The position numbers were made by a program, and so were the translations under genes. 64,000 bases of DNA, from contig OZ241889.1 of the NCBI GenBank assembly GCA_965203355.1, positions 768,001 to 832,000 of the forward strand, in the 5' to 3' direction. Shown in pieces: positions 36,319-47,595 of the stretch (position 1 is its first letter; each line of letters begins with the position of its first letter). The notes under the pieces were generated by a model. The model saw only the letters and a list, made by a program, of their open reading frames with translations. It was not told the DNA's origin and ran no database searches. This DNA is from Candidatus Latescibacterota bacterium. Lineage in GTDB: Bacteria; Latescibacterota; UBA2968; UBA8231.

Positions 36319-37071
36319 ATGTTTAAGCGCAGCAACATTACCTTTATCATCGTTCCAGAAAAGGGTCGCAAGACCTTTGAGTTTAAGGCCTCCAGTACAC
36401 TCTTGTGGTTGCTAGGGTGCTGCTGCGTAGCCATGCTCGTAATCGGGTCCTTGGGGATTAGTGCCTATCTCAACAAGCACGAGCTAACGCAGAAGGCAGC
36501 ACAGCTTGAGCAGGACAAGGCCCTGCTCTTGGAGCAAGTAGGCCAGATAGAGCAGCTCGAAGAAATGCTGGTCCGGCTTACGCGCGGCAATGATCAGCTG
36601 CGTGCGGTCTTGGGTGCGCCCGAGGCATTAGGCGAGGCGGCGGCGCAACCCCGCGAGGATGCGCCTTATATCCCCTTCATGCAGCGGCTGCGTTGGGGCC
36701 ACGTACATACCGTTCCCACCTTGTGGCCGTTGCGCGGGCCTGTGGTCAGGCCCTTTAGCGAGGAGCGTCCTTCGGTTGTTATTGCCGCGGTTGCCGGCAG
36801 CTTGGTACAGGCTAGTGCTGCGGGTCAGGTGCTGCAAGCGGGCTACGACGCGGACCTCGGCTACGTGGTGACTCTCGACCACGGCAACGGTCTGCTGACC
36901 CAATACGGCTACAATGCACACCTGTTCGTCGATGTGGGGGACTACGTGCTCAAGGGGCAGTCTATTGCGCTGTTAGATGAGGGGCGCGGATCGCGGAGGC
37001 CGGGGTTGTACTATGCCGTCCAAGAAAATGGGCGGTTTCGCGACCCCTCGCGCTACAGATTGTGGATGTAA
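36319..37071 (+). CDS. M23 peptidase-like protein (TM + coiled coil + LytM domain, Zn ligands degenerate)
   Basis: WPLRG, LDHGNG..TQY, VGDYVLKGQ.I, DP; the HxxxD and HxH motifs are not conserved. Confidence 0.78.
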   Translation: MFKRSNITFIIVPEKGRKTFEFKASSTLLWLLGCCCVAMLVIGSLGISAYLNKHELTQKAAQLEQDKALLLEQVGQIEQLEEMLVRLTRGNDQLRAVLGAPEALGEAAAQPREDAPYIPFMQRLRWGHVHTVPTLWPLRGPVVRPFSEERPSVVIAAVAGSLVQASAAGQVLQAGYDADLGYVVTLDHGNGLLTQYGYNAHLFVDVGDYVLKGQSIALLDEGRGSRRPGLYYAVQENGRFRDPSRYRLWM

Positions 37072-37108
37072 AAAAGGCCCGCTGCCAGAGAAGCAGCGGG
37101 CCTTTTTT
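37070..37108. terminator. Bidirectional rho-independent terminator
   Basis: AAAAAAGGCCCGCTGC-loop-GCAGCGGGCCTTTTTT between convergent genes. Confidence 0.92.
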
Positions 37109-37126
37109 GTTTGCGACAGAGGGATG

Positions 37127-38818
<1,692 letters not shown>

Positions 38819-38825
38819 CTAAAGA

Positions 38826-38852
38826 CTGGCACTCATAAAAAGAGAGTGCTAA
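38826..38852 (-). promoter_or_regulatory. CIRCE element (HrcA operator)
   Basis: TTAGCACTC-N9-GAGTGCCAG on the minus strand upstream of groEL. Confidence 0.92.
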
Positions 38853-38872
38853 AAAACAAAGCTGAGCAGTTG

Positions 38873-38901
38873 AATATAAAAGCTCCGTCGTTTTTGTGCA
38901 A
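38873..38901 (-). promoter_or_regulatory. Sigma-70 type promoter of groEL
   Basis: TTGCAC-N17-TATATT upstream of the CIRCE. Confidence 0.7.
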
Positions 38902-39115
38902 GAATAACCTATTTCTGGTAGTGGTACATTTTGAAGTCTCCAATTGTCGCGGTACGGTTGAGTCGGAGCCGGGCGACCCGTTTAACGGGAACTACCCTGT
39001 TTCTGGCTTGTTTACGGGTGAGACGCACGTTTGGCCGGAGGCATGGGCGAGGATCGTCAGAGTTACTTTAGCTGATTTAGTTGCCGCCACGCTTGCCATT
39101 GCAGAGCTTGGTATG

Positions 39116-39511
39116 TTACAGGTGATTGGCGTTTGGGAGGCCCGCCATCTTCCGATCCAACGTCAGGGTCTCTAGCTCTACCCGCGTATAGTCGTTGACG
39201 ATTAAGCGGTCGAGGAGACCTGGGTCGCCATTGGCTTCGAGCGCGGCCAGTACGGTGTAGCCGTTAAGTGGTGCTATCAGTCCGCTTTGTAGCACTTGGC
39301 TCAATGCGCTCCGCCCCTCTGTTTTTGAGACTCCGTAGTGATGCTGCACGGCAATATAGGCTTCGCCGATGACTTGGTTGGATGCGAAAATTTCTGCGCC
39401 TTCTCCAGCTAGTGCAGTGAGTCGCCGTACACAATGAATAAACTCCGGTTCAGGGTCTCCTGTGAGCAGGCGGACCAACACCGAAGTGTCAATCCCGAAG
39501 CGTTGGGTCAT
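39116..39511 (-). CDS. VapC/PIN toxin
   Basis: GIDTSVLVR, VIGE, LLDRLI, TLDRK. Confidence 0.88.
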   Translation of the reverse strand: MTQRFGIDTSVLVRLLTGDPEPEFIHCVRRLTALAGEGAEIFASNQVIGEAYIAVQHHYGVSKTEGRSALSQVLQSGLIAPLNGYTVLAALEANGDPGLLDRLIVNDYTRVELETLTLDRKMAGLPNANHL

Positions 39512-39731
39512 GGGGTTGGTCTCGAAAAGACTGAAGATCGAACGTCCCCTTCCCACGCGCTAGCTTGTCTTTGAGAGGGGCGAGGCGCGTGGGGTCAATC
39601 TGCTGGGGTCTCAGTATGAACCCATCCGGGCCTTCCTCTAAGGAGAGCCGATCCCCTGGCCCTACGCCTAGAGCGTCTAATACTCTGGCAGGGAAGGTGA
39701 CTTGGCGCTTGGCAGTGATCTTGACGAGCAT
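39489..39731 (-). CDS. AbrB/MazE family antitoxin
   Basis: KITAKRQVTFP...LGVGPGD. Confidence 0.9.
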   Translation of the reverse strand: MLVKITAKRQVTFPARVLDALGVGPGDRLSLEEGPDGFILRPQQIDPTRLAPLKDKLARGKGTFDLQSFRDQPHDPTLRD

Positions 39732-39895
39732 GAGCCGTTCCTTTGAGATTACCTTACTAAAAAGATACATTTTGAAAGGTGATTTAGACAAGTGTTTGGC
39801 CCCTGGGGTTCAGTGTCGGCGGTAGCTGTGGATAAAGTGATGCTGGACTAACGTCGAGGTGCATTGGGTGCTATTCCCTAAGTTAATGTTACAAA

Positions 39896-40576
39896 ATGAT
39901 GAATAAAACGCGCGTTTGCCGAGTCGGGCGGATCGATTTTGCCCGGGCTTGGGCTTGGCAAGAGTCGCTGCGCCAATTGCGGCGCGCCGAGCAGATTCCA
40001 GACACGCTACTGCTGGTCGAACACCCGCCAACGTACACCGGCGGACGGACGACGCTGCCCGAGCATCTCCTAACCCGAGGGCTGGATGTCGTCGAGATTG
40101 ACCGCGGGGGCAGCGTGACGTTTCACGGGCCGGGCCAGATCGTGGCCTATCCGATCGTCGATTTGCGCCAGCGCGGTCGAGATGTGCATCAGTACTTGCG
40201 CGACTTGGAGGCCGTGCTGATTCGCACGTTGGCTGCCTATGGCTTGGAGGGCGCGGCGCGGCGCGGCTTGACCGGCGCGTGGGTCGGCTCGTCCAAGGTG
40301 GCGTCAATCGGCGTCAACGTACGGCACTGGATCACAACGCACGGTCTGGCCCTGAATGTGGCTACCGACTTGAGCTGTTTTGCGGCGATCAAGCCCTGTG
40401 GCTTGGGCAGCGAGGAGATAACTACGATGGCCGCGCTCTTGGGGTGCGCGTTGGACCGGCGCGAAGTCGAGTCCGAGCTGCTGTGCGCCTATGCCGACGT
40501 ATTCGCCTGCGAGCTAGTCGAGGTCGAGCGCCGGGCCTTGGCGGCGTGCATTGGCCAGCTCGAGCGAAAGCCTTAG
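39896..40576 (+). CDS. lipB: Lipoyl(octanoyl) transferase
   Basis: [36 protein letters not shown]. Confidence 0.95.
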   Translation: MMNKTRVCRVGRIDFARAWAWQESLRQLRRAEQIPDTLLLVEHPPTYTGGRTTLPEHLLTRGLDVVEIDRGGSVTFHGPGQIVAYPIVDLRQRGRDVHQYLRDLEAVLIRTLAAYGLEGAARRGLTGAWVGSSKVASIGVNVRHWITTHGLALNVATDLSCFAAIKPCGLGSEEITTMAALLGCALDRREVESELLCAYADVFACELVEVERRALAACIGQLERKP

Positions 40577-40674
40577 ATTCAAAAGCTGCGATAGACAGGC
40601 CCCGAGCGCAGCCACCGCGGTCGAACCGGGCCGATTATTCCATAACAATCAAAAGACACGAGGAGTTTTGTACT

Positions 40675-41928
40675 ATGGCCGATTGGCAGCCCCAGGTTCC
40701 CGCAAACGGCGAAAAAATAACCGTAGCAGATGGCGCACTCAGCGTTCCAGACCAACCCATCATCCCCTTCATTGAAGGCGACGGCACCGGGCCGGATATC
40801 TGGGCGGCGGCCGTGCGCGTCTTTGACGCAGCTATCGAGAAGGCGTATGGCGGTCAGCGAAAGATCGCTTGGATGGAGGTTTTGGCCGGTGAGAAGTCCT
40901 TCGAACAGACCGCTAGCTGGCTGCCCGACGCCACAGTGGAGGCCTTCGGTACCTATCTGGTCGGCATTAAGGGCCCACTGACGACGCCCGTCGGCGGTGG
41001 GATCCGCAGTCTCAACGTGGCTTTGCGCCAGATTCTCGACCTCTACGTGTGTCTGCGTCCCGTGCGCTATTTCAGCGGTGTGCCTTCGCCGGTGCGGCAA
41101 CCCGAACTGGTGGATATGGTCATCTTCCGCGAAAACACCGAAGACATCTACGCCGGGATCGAGTTTGAGCAGGGCACGGACGACAACACGCGTTTTAAGG
41201 CGTTACTGCAAGAACACTTTGCCGATCGCTACGGCAAAATTCGCTTTCCAGCTACCGCTGGCTTGGGCGTCAAGCCGATCTCGCAGGAGGGCACTGAGCG
41301 GCTGGTCCGCGCCGCCATTGACTACGCGGTCGCCCAAGGCCGCGATAGCGTGACCTTGGTCCACAAAGGCAATATCATGAAGTTCACCGAAGGGGCCTTC
41401 CGCGACTGGGGCTACGAGGTGGCGCAAAAGGCGTATGGCGGCGTGGAAACCGACGGCGGTCCTTGGACTCGCGTCGTCGTCAGCGGCACCGAGATCACCG
41501 TCAAGGATGCGATCGCCGATGCCTTTTTACAACAGATCCTCACGCGCCCGGCCGAGTACTCGGTCATCGCCACGATGAACCTCAACGGCGATTACATCAG
41601 CGACGCGCTGGCCGCTTGCGTTGGCGGCATTGGCATCGCTCCAGGCGGCAACATCAATTACACCACGGGCCACGCCATCTTTGAGGCCACCCACGGCACC
41701 GCTCCCAAATACGCTGGCCAAGACAAGGTCAACCCCGGTTCGGTGATCCTGTCAGGCGACATGATGCTCCGCCACTTGGGCTGGAACGAGGCGGCCGACC
41801 TGATCGTCAAGGGGCTGGAGCAGACGATTGCGAGCCGAGTAGTTACCTACGATTTTGCGCGGCTGATGGACGAGCCGACCGAGGTCAAGTGCTCGGAGTT
41901 CGGCACTGCAATCATCGAGAACATGTAG
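40675..41928 (+). CDS. icd: NADP-dependent isocitrate dehydrogenase
   Basis: [49 protein letters not shown]. Confidence 0.97.
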   Translation: MADWQPQVPANGEKITVADGALSVPDQPIIPFIEGDGTGPDIWAAAVRVFDAAIEKAYGGQRKIAWMEVLAGEKSFEQTASWLPDATVEAFGTYLVGIKGPLTTPVGGGIRSLNVALRQILDLYVCLRPVRYFSGVPSPVRQPELVDMVIFRENTEDIYAGIEFEQGTDDNTRFKALLQEHFADRYGKIRFPATAGLGVKPISQEGTERLVRAAIDYAVAQGRDSVTLVHKGNIMKFTEGAFRDWGYEVAQKAYGGVETDGGPWTRVVVSGTEITVKDAIADAFLQQILTRPAEYSVIATMNLNGDYISDALAACVGGIGIAPGGNINYTTGHAIFEATHGTAPKYAGQDKVNPGSVILSGDMMLRHLGWNEAADLIVKGLEQTIASRVVTYDFARLMDEPTEVKCSEFGTAIIENM

Positions 41929-42407
41929 TGGCCGAGGAGCTAACTCACCTCGACGAGCGGGGCTGTCTCAAGATGGTCGATATAGGCGGCAAGGAGCCGA
42001 CCGCACGGCGGGCGCGGGTGCGCGGCGAGATTCACATGGATCGCGCGACCGCTCAGCTAATCGCCGAGAATAAAGTCGCCAAGGGCAACGTCTTGGAAGC
42101 GGCGCGGCTGGCCGGAATCATGGCCGCCAAGCGCACGGGAGAGCTAATCCCCTTGTGCCACCCGCTCAACCTCACGGCGGTCAGCGTGGACTTACACGTC
42201 GGCGAGGATCGGGTCGAAGTCGAGGCCGAGGCCAAAATTGACGGCCGCACGGGCGTGGAGATGGAGGCTTTGGTGGCGGCGAGTGCGGCTCTTTTGACGA
42301 TCTACGACATGTGCAAGGGCGTCGATCGCGGGATGGTGATTTCCGAGTTGCGGCTAGTGGAGAAGCGGGGCGGGCGGAGCGGGACGTGGGTGCGGGAGGA
42401 GGAATAA
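41928..42407 (+). CDS. moaC: Cyclic pyranopterin monophosphate synthase
   Basis: LTHLD, MVD, LIPLCHP, TGVEMEAL, IYDMCK, KRGGRSG. Confidence 0.96.
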   Translation: MAEELTHLDERGCLKMVDIGGKEPTARRARVRGEIHMDRATAQLIAENKVAKGNVLEAARLAGIMAAKRTGELIPLCHPLNLTAVSVDLHVGEDRVEVEAEAKIDGRTGVEMEALVAASAALLTIYDMCKGVDRGMVISELRLVEKRGGRSGTWVREEE

Positions 42408-42501
42408 GACGGGCGAAATCACCGCGCCATTGCTCGACTCAAGCCGCGACCGCCCCAAGCGAAATTCCACGGATCAGCCTGCGCTGGGGCAAGAGAGAAA
42501 A

Positions 42502-43428
42502 TCACGGCGCAACGGGGCGGGCGTTCGCCAGCTTGAGCAGCACGGCCTTCTGGCTGTGCAAGCGGTTTTCGGCTTGGGTGAAAATTAGCGAGCGCTCGTC
42601 GTGTAAGAGCGCGCCTTCAATCTCATAGCCGTGATGGGCGGGCAAGCAGTGCAGGATTTTCAGGTCTAGATCGGCGAGCAATTCGCGGTTGAGCTGATAG
42701 GGCTTAAAGGTCTGGACCCGACGCTCCTTTTCGCGGGCGAACTTGGGATCTGTGAAAAATTCCATGTCGATCCAAGTGTCGGTGTACACGGCGTCAGACT
42801 TGGCCAGTGCCGAATGCAGGTCCTCGGTATGCTCGTAGAGTCCCAAGCGCTTGGCTTCAGCGTAGAGTTCGTCATCGAGTGCGGCGGCGTTCACTTCGGG
42901 GCAAACGCAAGTAACGTGCATGCCGACTTTGACTCCAGCGGCAATGAGCGAGTTGGCGACGTTGTTGAGCACCCCGACGTATGTCAGCCGCACCCCTTCA
43001 AGCCGCCCCAACGCCTCCTGTAGGGTCATCAAGTCGGTCAATGCCTGCAAGGGATGGTAGCGATTGCAGCAGCCGTTTATCAGCGGTACCTGTGAGGCAG
43101 CAGCGGCGCGGCGCACATCGGCGTGTTCGAGCAGACGGGCGACGATAAAGTCGAAATAGCCGGAGAGTACGCGGAATTCGTCGCTTAAGTCGGCTAGGGC
43201 GAAGTTGGTGTCCTGCCAGTTCAAATAGAGGGCATGCCCGCCTAGCTGGACGGTGCCGATTTCGCCAGCGCAGCGGGTGCGGGTCGAAGTCTTCTGGAAG
43301 AGCAGAACCACCGTCCGTCCAGCCAGGGCGTCGGCGTAGTGCTGTGGGGTGGCCTTGACGGCGAGGCCGAGCTCGACAACTTGCTGCACATCGGCTGAGG
43401 ACCAGTTCTTTAAGGTAATTAAATGCAA
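42502..43428 (-). CDS. argF: Ornithine carbamoyltransferase
   Basis: STRTR, HPLQ, HCLP, QAENR. Confidence 0.88.
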   Translation of the reverse strand: MHLITLKNWSSADVQQVVELGLAVKATPQHYADALAGRTVVLLFQKTSTRTRCAGEIGTVQLGGHALYLNWQDTNFALADLSDEFRVLSGYFDFIVARLLEHADVRRAAAASQVPLINGCCNRYHPLQALTDLMTLQEALGRLEGVRLTYVGVLNNVANSLIAAGVKVGMHVTCVCPEVNAAALDDELYAEAKRLGLYEHTEDLHSALAKSDAVYTDTWIDMEFFTDPKFAREKERRVQTFKPYQLNRELLADLDLKILHCLPAHHGYEIEGALLHDERSLIFTQAENRLHSQKAVLLKLANARPVAP

Positions 43429-43485
43429 TGGAATGCCTTCCTTGCCCTTCTTTTATAAATAAAAATTTGTAATAAAGAATAATAA

Positions 43486-44439
43486 TTACAAATAGCGGCT
43501 AATCTCTGTCAATAGATCTTCGACGATATCTTGGGGCGCACCCGTTAGCTCCAGCCCAGCGGCGCGGACGTGGCCGCCGCCGCCAAAGGTGCCAGCAACT
43601 TGGCTGACATCGACCTTGTCGCGGGAACGCAGGCTGACGCGGTAGCATCCGGGCGTGCGCTCTTTGAGCAACACGGCCACTTCGACGCCTTGGATCATCA
43701 TACCGTAGTTGACTACTTCATCCGGCTCGCCCGTGTGCATGGCCGCGAGGTCGAGATGAAGAACCGCCACGCGGCCCCCAAGGCGCAATGCCAAGCTCTC
43801 AATGGCTTGGCCGCGCTGCTTGACCGAGCCGAGGCTCTTGTTGCCGAAGACGCCTTCGGCGATGGCATCGAGGCGTGCGCCGCGCCGCACCAGATCGGCT
43901 GCCACTTCAAAGGTAGTGGCTGTCGTTAGCGAGAAGCGAAAGCCCCCAGTATCAAAGAGAATCCCCGCATAGAGTTGGTCGGCGGCGACGGCATCAATCT
44001 CATAACCGAGGCTGATAGCGAGATGGTAGAGAAGCTCGCAGGTAGAGCTGATTTCCTCCACGATATTTACTGCGCCGAAGCACTCGTTGCCTTGATGATG
44101 ATCGATGTTGAGGAGACGGATGTCGGAGTTGAGACCCGGACGCATGGAGCCGATGCGGTCGAGGGAGGGGCAGTCGACGACAATGGCGCAGCGATAGCGG
44201 GCCAAGTCGAGGTCGGCGAAGTGGCGCACGTCGTCCCAGCCAACGAGAAAGGAGCATTGGCCGGCCGGTGGCTCGGGCAGGCCGATGTCAGCGCGCTTAC
44301 CTAGATGCCTTAGCAAGCGGCCCCAAGCCATGCAGGCACCGAGACCGTCGGCGTCGCTGTTGACGTGGGTCGTCAGCAGGAAATCGTCTGCTTCCTCAAT
44401 GAATGTGCGCGTTGCTGTTAGCGGCAGGTCCAAAGTCAT
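43486..44439 (-). CDS. nrnA: DHH/DHHA1 phosphoesterase (nanoRNase/pAp phosphatase)
   Basis: H..SDAD, IDHH, DTGGF, SLRS, GGGH..AAG. Confidence 0.9.
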   Translation of the reverse strand: MTLDLPLTATRTFIEEADDFLLTTHVNSDADGLGACMAWGRLLRHLGKRADIGLPEPPAGQCSFLVGWDDVRHFADLDLARYRCAIVVDCPSLDRIGSMRPGLNSDIRLLNIDHHQGNECFGAVNIVEEISSTCELLYHLAISLGYEIDAVAADQLYAGILFDTGGFRFSLTTATTFEVAADLVRRGARLDAIAEGVFGNKSLGSVKQRGQAIESLALRLGGRVAVLHLDLAAMHTGEPDEVVNYGMMIQGVEVAVLLKERTPGCYRVSLRSRDKVDVSQVAGTFGGGGHVRAAGLELTGAPQDIVEDLLTEISRYL

Positions 44440-45194
44440 TTCTCCGCTGGTGGAGCGCGGAGGACCAAGTGAACGCGGTCCGAATCCTCGGTCCCCTCGT
44501 CAAACGTGAAGCCGTTGAAAAGCGCGAGCAACTCCCAAGCACTCGCCGCGACGCGGGCGGCGACAGCGGCAATCGGATAGATGCGCTGGACATGGGTTTC
44601 TTCGAGCGCGACATCGCGCCCGTCGTGGCGGATGCGGAAGTGATTGCGCTGTAGCCGCCGATCTAGATCGTAGGTGCTGTGCCGCTCGCAGGAAAAACCC
44701 GGCCCGCGCTCGCTGTGGCGCGTGTTGCGGAAATAGCGCAGCGAATTGCGCTCGGTGCAGATGTCAAAGACGAAAAGCCCCCCCGGCTGCACAATGCCCT
44801 GTGCGCCGCGCAGAGCCGCGTCGATGTCGGTTGGCGCGAGCAGGTAGTTGATGCTGTCGTACAGGCAAGTGGCCGCGTCAAAAGGCCCTAGGCCCCCTAG
44901 CTGGCGCAGGTCTTGTTGGACGAATGTGACGCTAGTGTCGGTGGCCTTTCCGCGCGCGATTTCTAGCATGGCCTCGGAGCGGTCCACGCCCGTTACCTCA
45001 TAGCCAAGGCCGCGGAGCGCAAAAGACACATTGCCAGTGCCGCAGGCCAAGTCCACGACGCGGGTGGCGGCGGGAGCAAAGCGGGCGAACAGCGCATGGA
45101 TGTAAGCGGCCCATTCGCCGTAATTGACGTGGGCCATTACATGGTCGTAAATGGGAGCTAGCCCTTGATAGGGCGACCGCGCGGCACTACCCAC
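44436..45194 (-). CDS. Class I SAM-dependent methyltransferase
   Basis: DLACGTG, GVD.S..ML, DSINYL, PGG.FVFD. Confidence 0.9.
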   Translation of the reverse strand: MGSAARSPYQGLAPIYDHVMAHVNYGEWAAYIHALFARFAPAATRVVDLACGTGNVSFALRGLGYEVTGVDRSEAMLEIARGKATDTSVTFVQQDLRQLGGLGPFDAATCLYDSINYLLAPTDIDAALRGAQGIVQPGGLFVFDICTERNSLRYFRNTRHSERGPGFSCERHSTYDLDRRLQRNHFRIRHDGRDVALEETHVQRIYPIAAVAARVAASAWELLALFNGFTFDEGTEDSDRVHLVLRAPPAEK

Positions 45195-45204
45195 AGCTCA
45201 CATC

Positions 45205-45486
45205 CTAAAAGCTCAAGTCTTCGTACGGGTCGCGGTACTCCTCGCGGAGGATCCGATAAAAGCGGCCGCGATCCCGGCGGGCGGGCGGGCGTTCCGGGAT
45301 GCCGAGGACCTCGATGTCGAGCAGGCGAGCGGGGCTCGCAATGTGGATCTGCTCGCCCACGACCACGGCGTGCGAAGCCTTGGCTTGCTGGCTGCCGATC
45401 TGGACTTGCCCGGCGTCGCAGGCCCGCTTGGCTTCACTGCGCTGCTTGATCAGCCCCGTGTTCTTCAGAAAGATATCCAGTCGCAT
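45205..45486 (-). CDS. S4-domain RNA-binding protein (Hsp15/RqcP-like)
   Basis: MRLDIFLK...IKQRSEAK.AC..G. Confidence 0.9.
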   Translation of the reverse strand: MRLDIFLKNTGLIKQRSEAKRACDAGQVQIGSQQAKASHAVVVGEQIHIASPARLLDIEVLGIPERPPARRDRGRFYRILREEYRDPYEDLSF

Positions 45487-46771
45487 TCTGTACTGGTCGG
45501 CGCAAGTTTTCCTCGTCGAGCCGAACCTCGATGTGGATTTGCTGCCGGTATTCGTCGATTAATTGGCGCACGGCTTGGGCGGTGCGGCCTTCGCGGATCA
45601 GGCCCTCGATCACGGCTTGATCGTCGTCGATTTTGACGATGAGACCACCATCGTCCAAAAAGAAGGGTTCGCTGATGTCGCCCAGCTTGAGGTCGCGGAG
45701 GTAAGGCTGGAGGAATTCGGGGATCTGGTCTTTCGGGAAGGTGCCCCAGAGGCCGCCCTGCATGGCTGTATGCGGGTTGGCCGAATACTGGCGGGCGAGC
45801 TGGGAAAACTCCTCGCCGTTCTGGGCGCGCTGGCGCAAATTCTCTAGCGTTTCCCGCGTCCGCTCTTGGTCGCTTTCTGAGGTTCGGGCCAAGACGAGGA
45901 TGTGGCTGGCGCAGATGGAGCCTTCGCGCTTTTCGCGCATCTGTATCAAGTGGTAGCCATACGGACTCAACACGGGTTCGCTGGTCTGACCTGGTTTGAG
46001 CGCGAAGGCCGCTTCCTCAAACTCGGGCACCAAGGTCCCAGGCGAGAAACAGCCCAAATCGCCGCCGAGCGAGGCACTGCCGGGATCTTCAGAATGGGTG
46101 CGGGCTATGGTCGCGAAATCGCCGCCAGCGTCCAGCAGAGCCTGAATCTCTCCGACCCGCGCCCGCTTTTCTTGCAACACGTCATCGCTGGGCAGGACTT
46201 GGATCAGGATGTGGCTGAGCGAGACTTGGGGAGGCAAGGTGTCTTGGTGGGCGATGCGAAATTCTTCTACGTCGCGGTGGCTGACGTGTACCCGGTACGA
46301 GACAAAGGCGCGCATCTGGCGCGAGAGTAGGCGATGGCGAATTTCCTTGCGGTAGCGCGCCTTGAGCTGGCGCTCGCTCAAGCCCACGCGCTTTAGCATC
46401 TGCTCGAATTCTCCGTCGTCCATGCTGCTCTTGGCCATCTGGAACTGCTGGCCGAGCATTTCCTCGACTTCGGAGGGGTCAATCTGAATGCTGTCTTGTT
46501 GGGCCTTGAGAACCAGCACTTGCTCGTCGATCATGGCGTTGAGGATATCGCGGCGGAGTGCCGTGATTTGCTCGGATTCGACAAAGACGGACAGCCCGCG
46601 CTGCTCGGCTTCAAAGCGCAGTCGATAGTTGAGTTCGGACCAGAGGATCGTGTGATTGTCAACGGTGGCGACGATGCGGTCGATGAGTTCGGGCAAGGCC
46701 CCTGCTCGCGGCGCGATACACAGCGCGAGGCCGAGCGATAACAACAGGCGAGTTGGCGAATGCAGTAGCAT
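45434..46771 (-). CDS. surA: SurA-like periplasmic chaperone/parvulin PPIase
   Basis: Signal peptide, IDRIVATV, two rotamase domains (SHIL, GGDLG, YGYHLI). Confidence 0.88.
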   Translation of the reverse strand: MLLHSPTRLLLSLGLALCIAPRAGALPELIDRIVATVDNHTILWSELNYRLRFEAEQRGLSVFVESEQITALRRDILNAMIDEQVLVLKAQQDSIQIDPSEVEEMLGQQFQMAKSSMDDGEFEQMLKRVGLSERQLKARYRKEIRHRLLSRQMRAFVSYRVHVSHRDVEEFRIAHQDTLPPQVSLSHILIQVLPSDDVLQEKRARVGEIQALLDAGGDFATIARTHSEDPGSASLGGDLGCFSPGTLVPEFEEAAFALKPGQTSEPVLSPYGYHLIQMREKREGSICASHILVLARTSESDQERTRETLENLRQRAQNGEEFSQLARQYSANPHTAMQGGLWGTFPKDQIPEFLQPYLRDLKLGDISEPFFLDDGGLIVKIDDDQAVIEGLIREGRTAQAVRQLIDEYRQQIHIEVRLDEENLRRPVQNATGYLSEEHGADQAAQ

Positions 46772-46773
46772 AA

Positions 46774-47595
46774 TCAGGGATTGGTGGGGGCCACGATAGC
46801 CCAGTCTGTGGATTTTTTGAGTTTGGCGACGAGTTGGTCGAGCTGAGATTGATGATGCTCGCGCACTAGTACCTCGACGATCTGGGAATGCACTTGCGCA
46901 AGGTCGCGGACCGTGCCGGCCTCGCAGTGCTCTAGGACTTGGATGAGGTGATAGCCGTACTCGGTTGGCACTGGCTCGGAAATGATCTTGAGCGGTAGTC
47001 CTTGGCACGCGGCCCACAGGATGGGATTTTCTACTTCGGAGAAATAGCCCAACTCGCCTCCTTCGTTGCGCGTGGCGGCATCGTGCGAGTACTTGCGAGC
47101 CACCTCGGCAAAACGCTCGCCGCGCTGCAGCAGGGTTTGACGCCGGGCGCTGGCCTCGCGCTGGCTGGTCAGGAGGATGTGCCGCGCCCGAATCTCGGGG
47201 TGCTGCCGGCGAAAATCGGCTTGATGCTCGTCGTAGTAACGGCCGACTGCGGCCTCGCTGAAGACGAGCTCTTGGTCTTGGAACTCGGCGTCGAGCAAGG
47301 CCGCTACTAGTAGGTCTCGCTCCATCTGCGCTAGGAGCGATTTGAGCCGCGCTTGTTGGTGAAGCCCGCGGGCGCGTGCTTCCTGATAGAGCAATTCTTG
47401 GCGCACCCAGGTCTCGATGAGTTGCGTCCGCTCCTCTTCGGCTAGCTCAGCGTCGAGACCGGGCACGAGTTGGCTGGCAATCTCGCGCTCCGCGAGTTCG
47501 GCATCTCCGACGCGAGCGACGATGTCTCGGACGGGCGACGATTCGCACCCGGGCAGTGCGCTGAGTGCGAACGCGATGACAAGCAGTGCGTTCAG
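46774..47595 (-). CDS. PpiC-type peptidyl-prolyl isomerase (lipoprotein)
   Basis: Lipobox-like LPGC, ARHIL, GGELG, YGYHLI; start codon uncertain. Confidence 0.82.
   Translation of the reverse strand: MNALLVIAFALSALPGCESSPVRDIVARVGDAELAEREIASQLVPGLDAELAEEERTQLIETWVRQELLYQEARARGLHQQARLKSLLAQMERDLLVAALLDAEFQDQELVFSEAAVGRYYDEHQADFRRQHPEIRARHILLTSQREASARRQTLLQRGERFAEVARKYSHDAATRNEGGELGYFSEVENPILWAACQGLPLKIISEPVPTEYGYHLIQVLEHCEAGTVRDLAQVHSQIVEVLVREHHQSQLDQLVAKLKKSTDWAIVAPTNP

Noticed and set aside
39113-39893. 8-bp ATGTTACA on both sides of the vapBC module as a target-site duplication
   Set aside because: Too short, and the same 8-mer also occurs at the groEL stop; compatible with chance.
43440-43490. 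ARG box in the AT-rich stretch upstream of argF
   Set aside because: Only a weak match to the TGAAT-N4-ATTCA core; probably a promoter region, but I cannot support a specific operator.
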